Source: Nageia nagi
Lineage: Eukaryota > Plantae > Pinophyta
Length of the DNA: 64,000 nt
NCBI GenBank assembly: GCA_050084985.1
Contig: JBITNC010000001.1
Coordinates: forward strand, 144,274,001-144,338,000
Direction of reading: 5' to 3'
In this document: piece by piece, positions 36,817 to 51,100 of the stretch
How positions within the stretch are numbered: position 1 is the first letter of the stretch
Layout: each line of letters opens with the position of its first letter
Translations under genes and position numbers: made by a program
Notes under the pieces: model-generated
Told to the model about the DNA's origin: nothing
Databases searched by the model: none
Seen by the model: only the letters and a program-made list of their open reading frames with translations

Positions 36817-39300
36817 CGTTGGAATCCACCTTTGTTGTATTTGTATTTAATATATATGATTTGGATATAAAATGTTTTATAAACTTACATAATTTCTCAT
36901 CATGTTAAATCTTTAAAGATACTTTTTTGATATTATACTATGACTAGTTTTGATGTACATAGTAATAAAAAATACAATAGTGTATTATGAACATACTAAA
37001 ACTGAATGCAACAGTATTACACTAGCAAAAAATTCATATAAAAAGACCACCATAAGTGATGAATGAAGGGAAAGTAAAAGGATCATACAAATACATCAAA
37101 AAGAAAAATCCAATGGCCTTAGAATCATAGAAGAATATACTCAAGGAGCTATATAATATGTTCTATCTTATGATGAATGTACCATAGCAAGTTCTAAAAC
37201 CTCAACAAAAAATATGAGTAGTAAAGAAGTTTAGAATGATGATAAAACTCAAGAAATACTACTAGAAGAAATGGATTATATATTACAAGCTTTTAAAGAG
37301 GGAGTATAAGTTATAAAATAAATGCAATTAGGGCATGATCAAAAACTATTAATACCATGCAAAATAGGATTTTTATTTCTCTACAACAAAATCAATCTTT
37401 CCACACCAAGTGAAACCTACAAAAGTAGAAGATCTCAATGCCGCTAGTGTCAAAAGTATTTATATTGGAAATAACATTAACATTGTTATTTTTTAAGTTA
37501 ATCCAAGGTATATTTTATTCTTTGATATTCTTAAGTAAATTATTACCACTTTTGAGAATCAACATACCAATATCACTATTGAAGTCAATGAAAATGCTAG
37601 AAATGGGACAAAATAGGGTATCTTCTTCTTAAATTTTTTATAAAAGGTATGGAAGTATAATAAATAGATCTATCATCTTCAAGAAAATCATAACTACCAT
37701 AAATATCAAATTAAAAGGACAACATAAATTCTCGTAAGCAAGATCAAAGGCTTGAATCAAAATAAAAGCTAATGTAGATTGAAGAAATCCTTAAGGAAGA
37801 AGGATGATGATGAAGAATATGTTTTTTTAAAATATGAAGTAGAACTATAATAATAACTTTACCAAGAAGAGAAGCTTCAAAAATAACTTCAAGACTTGAT
37901 AAATGAAGTATTACAACCAAACTCATATTGGTCACTAGTAGATAATTTTATGAAGTTCTAATACTTCCATCTTAGGGATCACTCATATTTAAACACTTGA
38001 TCAATAAAAGGAAAAAATACTCTCTACAAAATATGGATAACCCAATTCAAGGAACATCATGTTAAAAGGATGGGAGTATTTTCTCCTAGGATAAAAACAT
38101 ACATATCGATAATTCTGAAAGATAAAGAGCATACAAAAGTGATAGAAAAAGAGAATAAAATAATTTCATGCATTAATAGCAAAAGAAATGGCTCCACTTA
38201 TTGGACAGATTAGAGAAGAAAATAGTATCAAATATAGAGAACATGAAATTTAAATGAAGAAGAGCTAGTACAATTACCTATTGATGATATTATATATAAA
38301 TATAACCATATAATATGGTTGATCATAAAAGATTAAAGTAACAAAAGAGGTTTGTTTGAACCCATAATACTTATAGTACATATACAACAACATGAGATTA
38401 GTCAGGAAGATTCCATGAAATAACATCATGAAAAGGAACCATCCTAAAAACTACTAACAACTCAACAACTATGGCAAAAAGTGATATCAATGGAGAAAAT
38501 ACTCAACAACTATGGCAAAAAGTGATATCAATGGAGAAAATACTCAACAAAATTGAAGACAAAGAGGAAGACACTATTAATCCTCTATGTATAAAAATCA
38601 TATTAAAGTTTGTTGATATCAAGAAAAAATTCATTTTACCAAATATTATACTAAGGATGGCCCAATAATAGATATGAATATTTTTATAGATGAAGCATCC
38701 ACAATCACTATAAATGATGATATTCATGCAAAACTTTACGTGTGATCATTAAATGAAGAAGCTCTCTAATGTTTTAATAAATTATCATATGGGAGTACAT
38801 AAAATTTTGGATAACTCAAAAGAGCATTTATCAGTAACAAGTGCAAATTTGATGTATTTATTTCCTTTGTATAGCTATAAAATTAATTACTTATTTTAGT
38901 TATCATAGATTCGCTTTGAATGAGTTCCTTCATAGTAAAAGTGGAGTTAGTAGCAATTAAAGGTAACAAAATTATAAAACTAGTGGAAACTACCTACAAT
39001 CCATTATCTCTAAGATAATTTACTCCTATTTATGATGGCATTGGGGAAGTATTAAAAACTTTGGTAAAAAAGAAACTTCTAGATTTACCTTGTCCTAATA
39101 AAAATTAACTAAGCTGTAAATATAGCATTCCAAATGAATGTAAAAATGATCATTATTATGATTATCACCAATAATAGGGACACAATAACAACTGTTTTCT
39201 TTAGTTATAATATCAATTTAGAATATGGTGATCTTCCATATGAGTTCAAAATCTTAAAATACAGTCAACCATTTTGAACCTATATATTGACCCTACATAT
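36817..39300 (+). mobile_element. Tat/Ogre-like gypsy gag-region remnant, copy B
   Basis: 36881-39215 is homologous to 59866-62400. Degenerate gag (DDIHAKL..L.EEAL*CFNKL..GST) and knuckle-like HYYDYH..GH. Confidence 0.75.
38460..38550. repeat. Perfect 41-bp tandem duplication
   Basis: ACTCAACAACTATGGCAAAAAGTGATATCAATGGAGAAAAT twice; single copy in the paralogous B' (~61570-61610). Confidence 0.95.
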
Positions 39301-39679
39301 AAATAGATTTTTCCTTCAAAGAAATAACTACCATGAAGAGTTATGAAGAATAAAGATAAAAATACATCAATGATAAACTAACAGTCATTTTTGCTTTTGT
39401 AGTTTTTGTTTGAACCATAGCTATGATTTTCTAGTAAGCAAACTAATGTTTCTATAGCCATGCTTATTACGCTCTATTTCTACAAGGGTGTCCCCAAAAT
39501 TGAATTGATTAATTACTATGATGATTGGGTTTTATCTTTATTTTAACAACTACCCCAAATATCCATAATGATCCAATGCAAAATGGAAAAATAGAATTAA
39601 TAACCCCAATTCTTACTAGTATGGTGTTGTTGCACACCTATACTTAGTATGAAAAGGGTATACATATCTATAGTTAAAT

Positions 39680-42156
39680 AAAAAATATGTTCCCAAATAT
39701 TCTTTTCAAAAATATCTAGTCTAAAGCATGAATCTCTTTTTTCAAAAAAATGTGATCAAATGATAATATCCACTAATAATTTGAATTGATAGTAGAACAA
39801 TTTCATTTATGGAGAAAATAAAATAAAGTCTACTTCATTAAATGTAAAATAAAAATATTTTTTCCATTATATCCACATGAATCTATTTCTAAAAACTGTT
39901 ATAGTAACAAAAAATCATCACATTGAGGTTAATAACGAAAATATTTGTTAAAAATAATTAACCACAACCCCCTTTCTAATAAGTATTGATTTCAATAAGA
40001 TGCCTTCAAATTATTATGATACCCCTACTCAAACTAACATTAATCATCAAAATTGGGGATTTATTTTAAATGAGCTAATTTCCATTAACTAATATAATGA
40101 GATAAGATAGAGGAAATAACTTCTCAAATCCATGGAGTCATCCATATAGAAAGGGGATCTCTATTGTATATCATACTGCCTTTGTTCAATGTCTAATTTG
40201 CCAAATAATTAGCTACTTTTTTTCCATAGGAATATTTCAAAATAAGAAACTCTTGTATTAATTATAAAAATATAAGTCAATATTTAACATCCTTTAACTT
40301 TATTTGTTTATAGGATTTATCAATAGTTTTTAAATATTACCAATGTTGGGGGTGGAAATTGAACATGGGACCTTTAATATGGATACCTTCACTCCTAACT
40401 TATCTCCTAACTCTCTTAATAATAAGTGATGGTGATAGAAAGTATTTGCAAGGATTATCTTCTATTTCAAGCTTAATGAGGGTAATGAAAATAATCTTGC
40501 AACCATTGGACTATAATTAATGCTTCTTATTTCATTATAATATATAAGGACCTAAAATAATGCTTGTGAATCTACTTAGTTATTAAAAACTATTCTCAAT
40601 ACAATAATAAAGAGAAAGTGGGGAGCTCTTCTTAAATCTCATCCAATACCATTTATACTAGATTGGGTTAAGTTTTTTATGCTACATAGGAAAAAAGAGG
40701 ATTTTTTCAAATAGTGTACCAAACCCTATTAAAAGGATTTTTTGAAAAGGATCTCAATTTTTTTTTATTACAAATTATTCAACAATTAATTTAGAGGCAT
40801 CTTAAGATACAACATGTGAAGAATATTAAGATAACTTATTTAGTTTTTACTACAATATAATATTAGAGTACCATTGAATAATTTCCTCTTTCCATTTTTA
40901 TATTATCCTTACTCACACAAAAAATAATTATTAAAATTTTTGTAGACATAACTTTTGAGTCTAGTTTATAGAACACTTAGTTCCCTCAACTTCTCTAATT
41001 ATTCTCACAACTTCATCAACAACCAAAAATCCCTAACAAGTTACAAAAAGGGATTATATATTTCAAAATTGATGTTTTTTCTACTTAAAAAACCTTTGAA
41101 CTTACCAAATGGTTTTAGGAATAACTATAACAACTTTACCTTACTAAATTTAACTATGTAACCCTTATCCTACCATACAATGGCATACAAGTTTTGCTTC
41201 TGTATGTGAGTGCATAATTCTAGGCCAAACTATTAGTTCAATATCAGGTTTCTAGATCACCTCCCAGATCCTTAATTATTTTTTCTCTATATGTTGGCTT
41301 ACTACATAGCTTTTAGTACACTAGTATACTATACAATTTTGGTATGTTTACATATAGTGTTTAAGGAGGAATTACTTAAAATATCACTCAAACATGACAA
41401 ACATGAGAAACCTAAGAATACTCACTCCAACAATACCCAATACATATTATCTACTCCATTTTAGATTACACCTCCCTTATGAGAAGGCATTTGGCCTCCA
41501 AATACTTAGATAAAATAAGGTTGATATATTTAAATAATAGTCCCCCAAATTGCTCCATACCATCCCTCTCCCTATAGTTGATATATTAAAATAATCCATG
41601 GATTCCATGATATAAATCCTCAACTAGGTATGAATGCTTAATAAGATCCTCTATGACCTTGTACTCCCTTTTTTAACCTTATTATCCTTTTTGTGATAAA
41701 ATATTTCTTAACCTTAGACTTCTTCACCAAATTTTGATCATACTATTTTTTAAATTGATGGTTTCTTATCCTCTTAGTTCTTTACTATGTAAGTGTTAGC
41801 TTTATAGAAGCATTAATCAATCTTTTCATTTATCCCACCATCATAAGATGATTTCCACTTTTTCTCACATTAGACCTTATGATAAATTATATATCATCCT
41901 TACCAAGTGTTATTTATTCTCCTTTCTCTAATAAACAATATCCTTATCAAATAAATAAGGACTTCTTAATAGTATTCTAGCAACATCAAAAGCTAAAACA
42001 TCTAGTTCAACCTCACCAATAAAATTATCATTAAAAGAAAATCTCAATCTACATTAATATTTAACTTGCATCTTATTATTACTATTCACCCTTCCAAGTG
42101 GATATGAATATGAACAAGGATAAGTCTCCAATCCAAATTTTTGCACCAAGTCCTCT
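39680..42156 (-). mobile_element. Second copy (A') of the gypsy pol remnant at 33005-35477
   Basis: Collinear direct repeat from AAAAATATCTAGTCTAAAGCAT to ACCAAGTCCTCT, with copy-specific ~300-bp indels. Confidence 0.9.
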
Positions 42157-44469
42157 GATCAAGATAGAGTTCCACCCAAAAGGAATCTTTTAGAATGTTG
42201 TAAGCACAATCAAATCTATCTAGAAGACTTGAAAATGATGTCATGGATAGAAAATTATGTTGAACATCATCAAGTAACTCAAAAAAGTGATCTGTATCTA
42301 TATCTAATGACTAGACCTGACTCTCTACATGGTCACTCAAGAATGTACATGGTGAATGTGGGATGTAAAGGGAAGATCATTCCCAAGGAGTAGGTGGGAT
42401 ATGATATGGATAGAATACCTTGTGATTGGTAGATTTAGAAACACAATGAGGATTACTCATGATATTTGTGATTGGGATGGAATCAACCAATTGCAACATT
42501 AAATGTAAATTTCAAAAATTGCATAAGATTTTCTAGAAACATAACATATATAAAGCTTTTATTTGCATGAAAATTATTAATAGGTATGCAAAGATCAAGA
42601 AATATATATACAAGACACACACATATGTACATGACATAAATTTTTTATTTTATTTTGATGTTTTCTAATGTTTTTGTTATTTTTATGTTATTTTATGTTT
42701 ATAATATTTTTTAAAATGGAAGGCAATTTACAACCATTGAGTGATGTTGATAAACATTTTTCTTATGAATGACCCAATATCCATGATCTAAAAAGTAATA
42801 GTAAGGTGGTCGCAATTGAAGGTGAATAGGACCTTATCCTAGAATAGATGGTTGGGAATGAATGGGATATGAAATGAGTGGTGGGATTAGTGATTTAGGT
42901 TTTGGTTTAAAATTCCTAATGACTCTCTTAAGTTCCATAGATGAAGTTGAAGCTCCAATATGTTCCTCAAGAAGCACAAAAAAGGAAAGTATGTATGTAG
43001 GATGTAGTGAAAAGAGAGGAGGTGGGATTAATGGTAATGAAGAAGTTGATAACAAAAAGTATGGAATGAGACTCCCTACAAAAATATCGAGACTTCTATT
43101 ATAAAAAAATGTTGTAATAGTATACCTATCAAACATTTTTGACTTATTTTTTCTTATTTAGACATTGATTAATTCATTTAAATCATGCTTTCATGTTCAA
43201 GTGATTGTTTGCACAATAATTATTACTAAATAATGAACTATAATTATATATAATTTCACCCTTTGGAAAGTATGATGCAAAGTATGATAATACTTTGTTA
43301 GAAACAATTGAAGTCAAAATAAGAGCATATCCCATAAATTTGATATGAACATCTTCAACACAGTCTATCATAATTTTGTGTTTATTATAATGCCAATGTA
43401 GACAAAACCATTATAATGAGCTTATTTTGGATTCTTGTTCCATCCACATCTCCTATTCCTTTACTTCAATTGTAATTTTTAAACCATTTATTTTTATTTC
43501 CCATGCATTTGAAGTACTATTTGCAAATAATTTCATGGTTATTTCTAATTGGACTTCTCTAGGTAAGTCAAGAAAATACGCCATAAGTGCATAAGGAGTT
43601 TTTCAAAGTAATTACATATAAACATCTTCTTTATATCTATAGATGAAATTTTGACCAATATTATCAAATTGTATAGTACTTGTTTAGGAATTTCTAACCT
43701 TTTGGTTATCACTATTTTTTTTATGATGGTCATAAAATGAAGAGGATATGAATCTTGACTTTATTTGAGAAAATTATTTATTGATATTTCTCTTAAATCT
43801 TTTTGATTTCCAAGATTTGGGTACAAATGAAGGAGAAAAATCATATATTAACTTTTGATGGCAAAAATCCCCTATGAGTTGATTCATCCAAGTCATGATT
43901 GGATGTAATCTTTATGAATCTTGAGATGCAACATCTAGAACCCAATCATTAAAAGTGCAATCAAGAATAAGTTTAGGTGATATAGTAGGCCAATACATGC
44001 ATAGTAAATTTATTTTCTTTACTTTCTCATAATATTTATAATAAACTTGGAAATACATGGCCCTATCTAGATAAATTTCAATATTTTCTCGTATAACACA
44101 AATTTCACAACCATCAAATGTACTTGGACAATGTCATAGGGTTAGATCCCTTTGTATATTAATGGGTAATTGAAGGACATTCTATGCTTATTGGAAAGTG
44201 AATTTAGTGAGTCTGGATATGGCTCTATCTTCCAAATATCTAGACTTATCAAATCATGGTCCTTTATTCATTCCTTTTCTTTCCAGTGGCATGTGAACAC
44301 TCTTAGATTTTTATCAGTTAAATTCATTCATATTTATTAGTTCATTGTAAACATTTTATTCCTTTTTATCTAAATATTTATAATATATATATATATATAA
44401 ATACATTAAAAGTGATTCTAACTATAAAAAGGATAAATATTCATGATATTTATTAGTTCACACTCTTGA

Positions 44470-44720
44470 TTACCTTCTAAGTCAGCTAAGTGATATGCTC
44501 CTAACCTAAATTTTCTCTTAACCATGTAAGGTCATAACCAGTTAGGAGAAACTTTGTCTTCAAGTTTCCTTTCCATTCATGAAGTTTGTTGGTTTTCCTT
44601 TAATACTAGATCTCCTATATTAAATTTGTGAATTTTAATTCTTTTATCAAAAGCTCATTTAATGTGAATTTGATAGGTACGCATGTGTTCTAACACATTA
44701 ACTCTTCTCTCATTTTTAGT
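44470..44720 (-). pseudogene. Gypsy integrase C-terminal remnant
   Basis: AFDKRIKIHKFNIGDLVLKENQQ...KVSPNWL*PYMV...GAYHLADLEG is the Tat/Ogre GDLVL...KFxPNWxGPY...GAYxL motif. Confidence 0.85.
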
Positions 44721-45289
44721 TAGTGATTTTCCTAGTTGAATAATCTTTGGATTGTTAGGATTGTCACTTAAGTCAACTTCAATGGTTTCTTCAATTAACA
44801 TGTGAGACCCTTTTTCCAATGGATTTAGTATCAAAATTCAATTTTTATCATTATGTTGTATTCTTCATCTTCACCTAAATGTTGGTCTTCCAAGGTGATG
44901 TTTATGGTGAAGTTTGAGGTTTCTAATCTAGTATCTATATCTTTGAAGTCTTGTATTATAGGTTGTTTGGAGATTAAGGTGAAGTCTACAATTTCTGCAT
45001 CTACCATGAAATTCGATGAAAACTACTTAAACTTACTAGGCTCAATGATTTGAACTCATCACTTCCAGACCAATCAAAAGATATTTTTTAAAAAACTTCT
45101 TTAGATATTTTGGTTCTACCATGTTACTTGATACAACATTAGGAAATAATACTTCTAAAGATAATGTTTCATGTTCCACATTATCTTGATGTATTATCCC
45201 TTTAGATTTTTCACATGACCTTTCATATCCTAGCTCTTTTGGTTCTAGTTCAACTATTTTACAACCAGATTCCTTTTGATTTTTACTTT

Positions 45290-48100
45290 TTTACCCCAAT
45301 CCTTTTTTGTCAATGGGTAATTGGTAATAAATATTGATTGCATATCTAGGTCCTTGTTCATATTTTCCTAAACCTCTTTCTTTCCATTGACATCTATTGA
45401 AATATCTTTGGACAAAAGATCTCACATAAGTTGATAAATATTATAATGAATTATAGAAAACACCTTCATGGGGTTGAGATAGAGGAAGGATAGATGGTTT
45501 TATAGGACTTGTATAAATAAAGAAGATTTGATTAGGAAATTTTTCTAATGGAACCGATTGCCACACTACACTAGGATACTCTTTTGGTCTTCCTATTTCA
45601 TGAGTAGAAGGAATATTGAAAATAACATCAATCAATTCCAAATTCCCCTATACCACAATCTATCAATTTTATGGTTATAGGGTAAATATCTGATGACTTA
45701 TCTTTTTCTTTACAATCATAATTTTTAACTAATGTATCCATGAGATAAGGTATTTTTAATGAGAAAGCTTTACTTAACTCATCCAACTTCCATACTCTTA
45801 CCTCCCATGTACATTTTTCTTGAGGTGTTGGTTCTATTTTTAGCTATGAATCATTATTGATCTTTTGTTGAGTGTTGAATAATTCTTGATTGATAACACA
45901 TTATTATTTTGAAGAATTCAAAGAAGAATTATTCTTACCCACTCTTGTAATTGATGGTTTTTTTGGTAGTATGGGTTTTGTAAAATAATGAGTAGATGGT
46001 AAAGCTATTTCCTTTGATAAGTGTGCACTATTAAAATATGAGTATGTATTTTCATATCGAAGAACAAAATACACTACACCCTTGTGAATATACTTTAAAC
46101 AATTATGATATGTTGATGGGACACATTACATATCTTTAATCCAAGTTCTTCCTAGAAGGTGCTATATTGAGTTATGTCTCCTTCAATTACTTGTAATATT
46201 GTTTGCACTGTTTTAGACCCTACGGTGATAGGTAATGAAATTGATCCCATTATTGAACATAAAGCATCATTAAATGATTTTAATTATAAGGTTGGTGCAT
46301 AAATATGTGAAAATGTAAGATTCATATTTTTATATGCAATTGTTGAAATAATTTTTATTGTTGAATCTTCATAAATTAATATTCTTTTAAAATCCTTTCT
46401 ATCTACTTTAGCTATGCTATGTAAAGGAGGATCTTGACCACATGTCTCATTTGATTTATTAACTTTATGATCATAGAAAAAAATTATAGGTTTTTGACTT
46501 GTTTTAATGTTTCCTACAAAAGACATAAAGCTTTTAAGATCATTTATGTCCAACTTAATTGTCTATAATAATTGGTTCATCGCATCTCTATGATTCTTTG
46601 ATTATTGTAGTAACTCAAATAGAGATATTTTCACTTGCAAATTCTTTAATTGTTGATGTAAGGCTCCTTTCACTAAAATCTTAAGAGTTTGGGATCTAGG
46701 TATATTGGGTTATGTAACAACCTCATCTAGTTGATTATCTGGAATATTAGTTTGCCTTCCTTGTACCCTTTAAGCTCTCATGGTATCATAATTTCAATTA
46801 TGCATTATTTGATTCTCAGGAGAATGAAATGATACATTATTAGCCTAATGTTGAGGAAGAGGATTATGATAAATTCCTAAATTTTGATAAGAAATAGCTA
46901 GGGGATTATCGACTTCCAACTTTCCTTGATCAATCAAATTTTGTATTTTATATTGTAAAGTCTTACACTTATTTGTATCATGATCTTTTTGATGCTAGAA
47001 ATGATGATATTCATTTTCATTATACCATATAATATTTTTAGCATCAAGATATTTAGTTCTTATCTTTGGTAACATAATTACTCAATGATCATAGAGTTTC
47101 TTCAAAATATCATAAAGAGACTTTGATAAAGGTGTGAACTTTCTTAGTGGTCTAAAGTACTTTTCCTCATTTTGTGGAGGATTTGGTTTTGCTCCTTTGG
47201 TAATAGAAACTTTATTAGCCAATGATGGTTTACTTATTTGTTATGTTTGATTTTTATTTTTAACATAATGTTCCTTTTTATTAACATTTATCTCACCATT
47301 TTGGATTTTAATCTTTTCAATTATGATAGCTTGGGAGATGGCTTCTTCGAAGGTCTTATATTGTTGAATTAATAAGGTACTAGTGATAGGCATTAAAAAA
47401 CTTTGAATAAATATTTTTACCAACACTTTTTGAGGTAGAGTCTAGGTCATGATTGTTAATATTACCCTCCATCTTGAGATGAAATCAGTTACTGATTGGT
47501 CTTGGAATTATTGTAATCTCGTAAGATCAATAATGAAAGTTTTATCTTTGCTATTTATCCTAAAGTATTCCAAGAACAAATTTTCCAATTGAGCATATGA
47601 TTGAATGCTATATTCCATTAGATTATTGTACCAATCCATTTTTTATCCATCAAGTGTCATGGGAAAGATATGTAGCATTAATGCATCATCATTAGCAATA
47701 ACATAACTTGAATACTTAAATTGTCTAAGATGTTATTTAGGATCTTCCTTTCTCTTAAATGGTTTGATTTTTTGAATTTCAAATTTGAAAGGAATTTCCT
47801 TTTTGGGAACACTTGGATGAATTTGTTCATTGCAAATCATTTCATATGACACTTTTTATTTATTTTGCAAATGGAGCTCTTTTTCAATTTCCATCAACCT
47901 TTTATGAAGATCATCCTTTTCTTCTAGTTGATTTTGATACATGGTATATTCATCATTTCTATGATCTAGTTTTCCTTCATACCTTGGGAATGATTCATAT
48001 CTTTGTTCAAAAGGTGTTTGGGAATCATAGTAAACTCCATCATATGGTGGAAAAGGTGGTGGGGTTTGATATGGAGGTAATTGTTGGTGCATTTGTTGTT
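45290..48100 (-). pseudogene. gag, aspartic protease and G-patch remnants
   Basis: gag KPFKRKEDPK*HLRQF...IFPMTLDG*KMDWYNNL...LFLEYF (~47560-47790); knuckle HQKDHDTNKCKTLQYKIQNLIDQG and LGIYHNPLPQH (~46850-47000); protease ILIYEDSTIKII and LLGRTWIKDM*CVPSTYHNCLK (~46090-46390); G-patch-like RGLGKYEQG...GLG (~45295-45385). Confidence 0.85.
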
Positions 48101-51100
48101 GATTTAGTGATGTAGGAGGATAATGTGATTGGTCCTTATTTTTAAGTGGAGGTAAATGATACCTTTGAAGCTCATCTTGTCACTTTTTAAGTGAAGCTTC
48201 ATTTCTCTTACCCAAATAAGAGTCTTAATATTTATACACTCCAAACCTTGTGGTGATAGAGATCACATCCTAAGTTATAATTTTTTTATCTTTCCCCACC
48301 ATTTGATTAGGTCCAAATTGGATTTGAATATTTTACTTATTGGATTGTCTTATTGGTAGTCTAATTTGATGTACATTAAGCACAAGTTGTGCTTGCAACC
48401 ATGGTTGTTGAACAAATGTCATGGGTTTAGTTTGTTATTGTAGAAATGGATGATACAAAACCATTTATTGTTATGGTTGTTGTTGCATATTATTTTGGGG
48501 TAGGTTTTCCTTCCTATGTGTATATGGAGGTATTCCTTGTAATCTAAACCTTATTGAATCATGATTATGTCTTACTTCACACCATTGTCTAGGTGTTCTA
48601 TGGATTGAAAAAGAAGTCAATGTATTTTGATTTTAAAATGTATCAAGGGTTATTATAAACTCTAGAATGATCTCTTGATTCTGGCATAGGAGTAGCTGTG
48701 TGTATGGAGATTTGATCATCAAATTATTTTATTTGCCTAAAGATAGTGGAAGGAGGATAATCATCTCTTATTATATATGATTGAACTAAATGTCCATTTG
48801 GTAGATATCATATGACATGATCACACTTAGGTCTAAAAGGACTTATTTGGAGTACAATATTAGCTGAATGATTTTGTGAAGGGGGTATATTTCTTAATAT
48901 AATCTCTTCAACACTATCAATTAGTTGTGTGTCTTTCGCTAGATAATCTAGTTCTAAAGGAAGACTATGGGCATGAGAAGAATGAGAGATTCTTAATTAT
49001 GTTAGATATTTTCCAACTATATCTAAGTCATGATCAATAGGATTTAAATAGGTTGTATTCATTTCTAAAGGAGTTTCTCTCCTTGAAGTATTCCTACTAG
49101 ACCTATGACTTCTTCATTCTTCTAAATAGTTTTCATTATTCGATTCTTGCTCTTGATGAGGCATTTGAGATCGAGTATTAACCATTTTCCTTTAGTTTGT
49201 TGTTTATTTGTATTTTTTATTTTTATTTTCTACCAAACTATAAAAAGAAAGAAAACATCGAACATAGCAATTCTATTTTTTATCTTTTGGATTTATGTTT
49301 GTGAGAAAATAATGACATGCATAAACAACCTACATGCATCCTCACATTTTCGATGTGATTATCTTTTCTAGCTTTTTGGTATATTAAATTAATCTTTTTA
49401 GCATGAGAAACATAAATTGCACATTTTAATCTTATTAATTTTCCTAAATTTTTTTATTTAGTCAAGTGTTTAAGAAAGGTAGGTTTGTAATCCTATAAGC
49501 AATCTAGAGATAAGTAATAGATTGGTACTTAAAGTTGTCCCCTTAGTACAATGGGGCTTGAGGAATGCCGCTAATAACTATCTTGATGATGAAATCCAAG
49601 TATAGATCCCTTTTTTATAGTCATTTGATGAAAAGTAACAACTTCTAGCCTATGAACTTGATATTCATCTTCAAGTTTTGGCTCTAGGGCTCATTATATT
49701 TTATTAATGGGAATATAAGATAGTAAGAATCAATGGTTGGTAATGAATTCCAACTTATTGATGTTATTTTTTAAGAGGTATCATGATTATTCTTTTAATC
49801 AAAATAAAGTATAAATGAGTGCACTTTCTAACCCTCATGATCATACATGTCCATTAATTAATCTTTTTTAATATGATTCGAACATTATTTAATTAATCTG
49901 CAACTTAATCTAGATACCCATGAGATTTATTACCTTTTAATAAGAATCATTAACCAAAGTGAATATTAAAATATGGTTTATTACCTCTTCTTATGAGTCA
50001 CAATCCTTCGATCGCTTTCAGCATGGTAAGGTAGATAAGTAAGAAGCTGTTAATGTGAGTAAATTTCTTTTAATATAGGTTTAGTTCCCCTTGTTACAAG
50101 TCACAATCCTTCGATCGCCTCTCAACATAGTAGGGAAGAAAAGTAAGAGTATTTATGTGTCAAGAATAATGACTAAATTCATTAACCAATTTAATTTATC
50201 CTAATCTACCTTAAACTTGATAATTTCAACTTATGTTCATTTCAGATTTAGTGATGATTAATTACCCCTTTTAAGTGTGGAAGTACGTTAGTGTAAATTC
50301 ATTTATCGTTTTAATATGATAAAGTGAAAAATTAAAAGGTTCATTTACCTTTTTAGTATTACATCCATTCTAGTCACCTCAGATCATTTTTTAGTACAAA
50401 GGGAGAGCATAGGTGGACAAGATAGAAAATTAGTAATTGAGCAAGTTTGTTTATTTGTATGATCCCTTCCCAAATAAAGAAAACATAATAGAAACTACTA
50501 AATAACAAAAATATCAATATATAATGATATTAAATAATCCATTCTTTAATGTCATTCATACTGCATTCGAAAGGATCACAAACAAGGTATTCATTTTTGT
50601 TCCTCAATCTTAATTCCTAAGTTGCGCTAGTAAAATTGATAAGAATAAAAAATTTGACCTTTTGTTAATAGTTGCTTGCATTTTGATAGAGTCATTGGAA
50701 TTTTAATCTAGTCACTGGAGTCCAATATAATCATTAATATTTTTGCAACTCAAGCTTGGAATAGCATAGAACACAAAAATGAAATTAACTTCACTACCAC
50801 ATGATACAAACCACAAAAATATGCATAAAAAATAAAGAAGAAACCCCCTATGTCTCATCACATATGTTGTTTCCATACGAGGGGCCCTCCTTTTAGCACC
50901 TAAATATCATGCTAAAAAAGTAACCCTGTTAGCAAATAAGAAAATACATGTTACAAACAACATTTTTCTTTATTTCTCTTGAGTAGACCTCAAATGATTA
51001 CAAATAAAAAATCTATTTTGTTTTATTGCCTTGCAAAATGGCTTTTAATTAGTGTCTGTAAGCCTCAGAGATTATCCTTTGAAACCCGTAAAAGAATATG

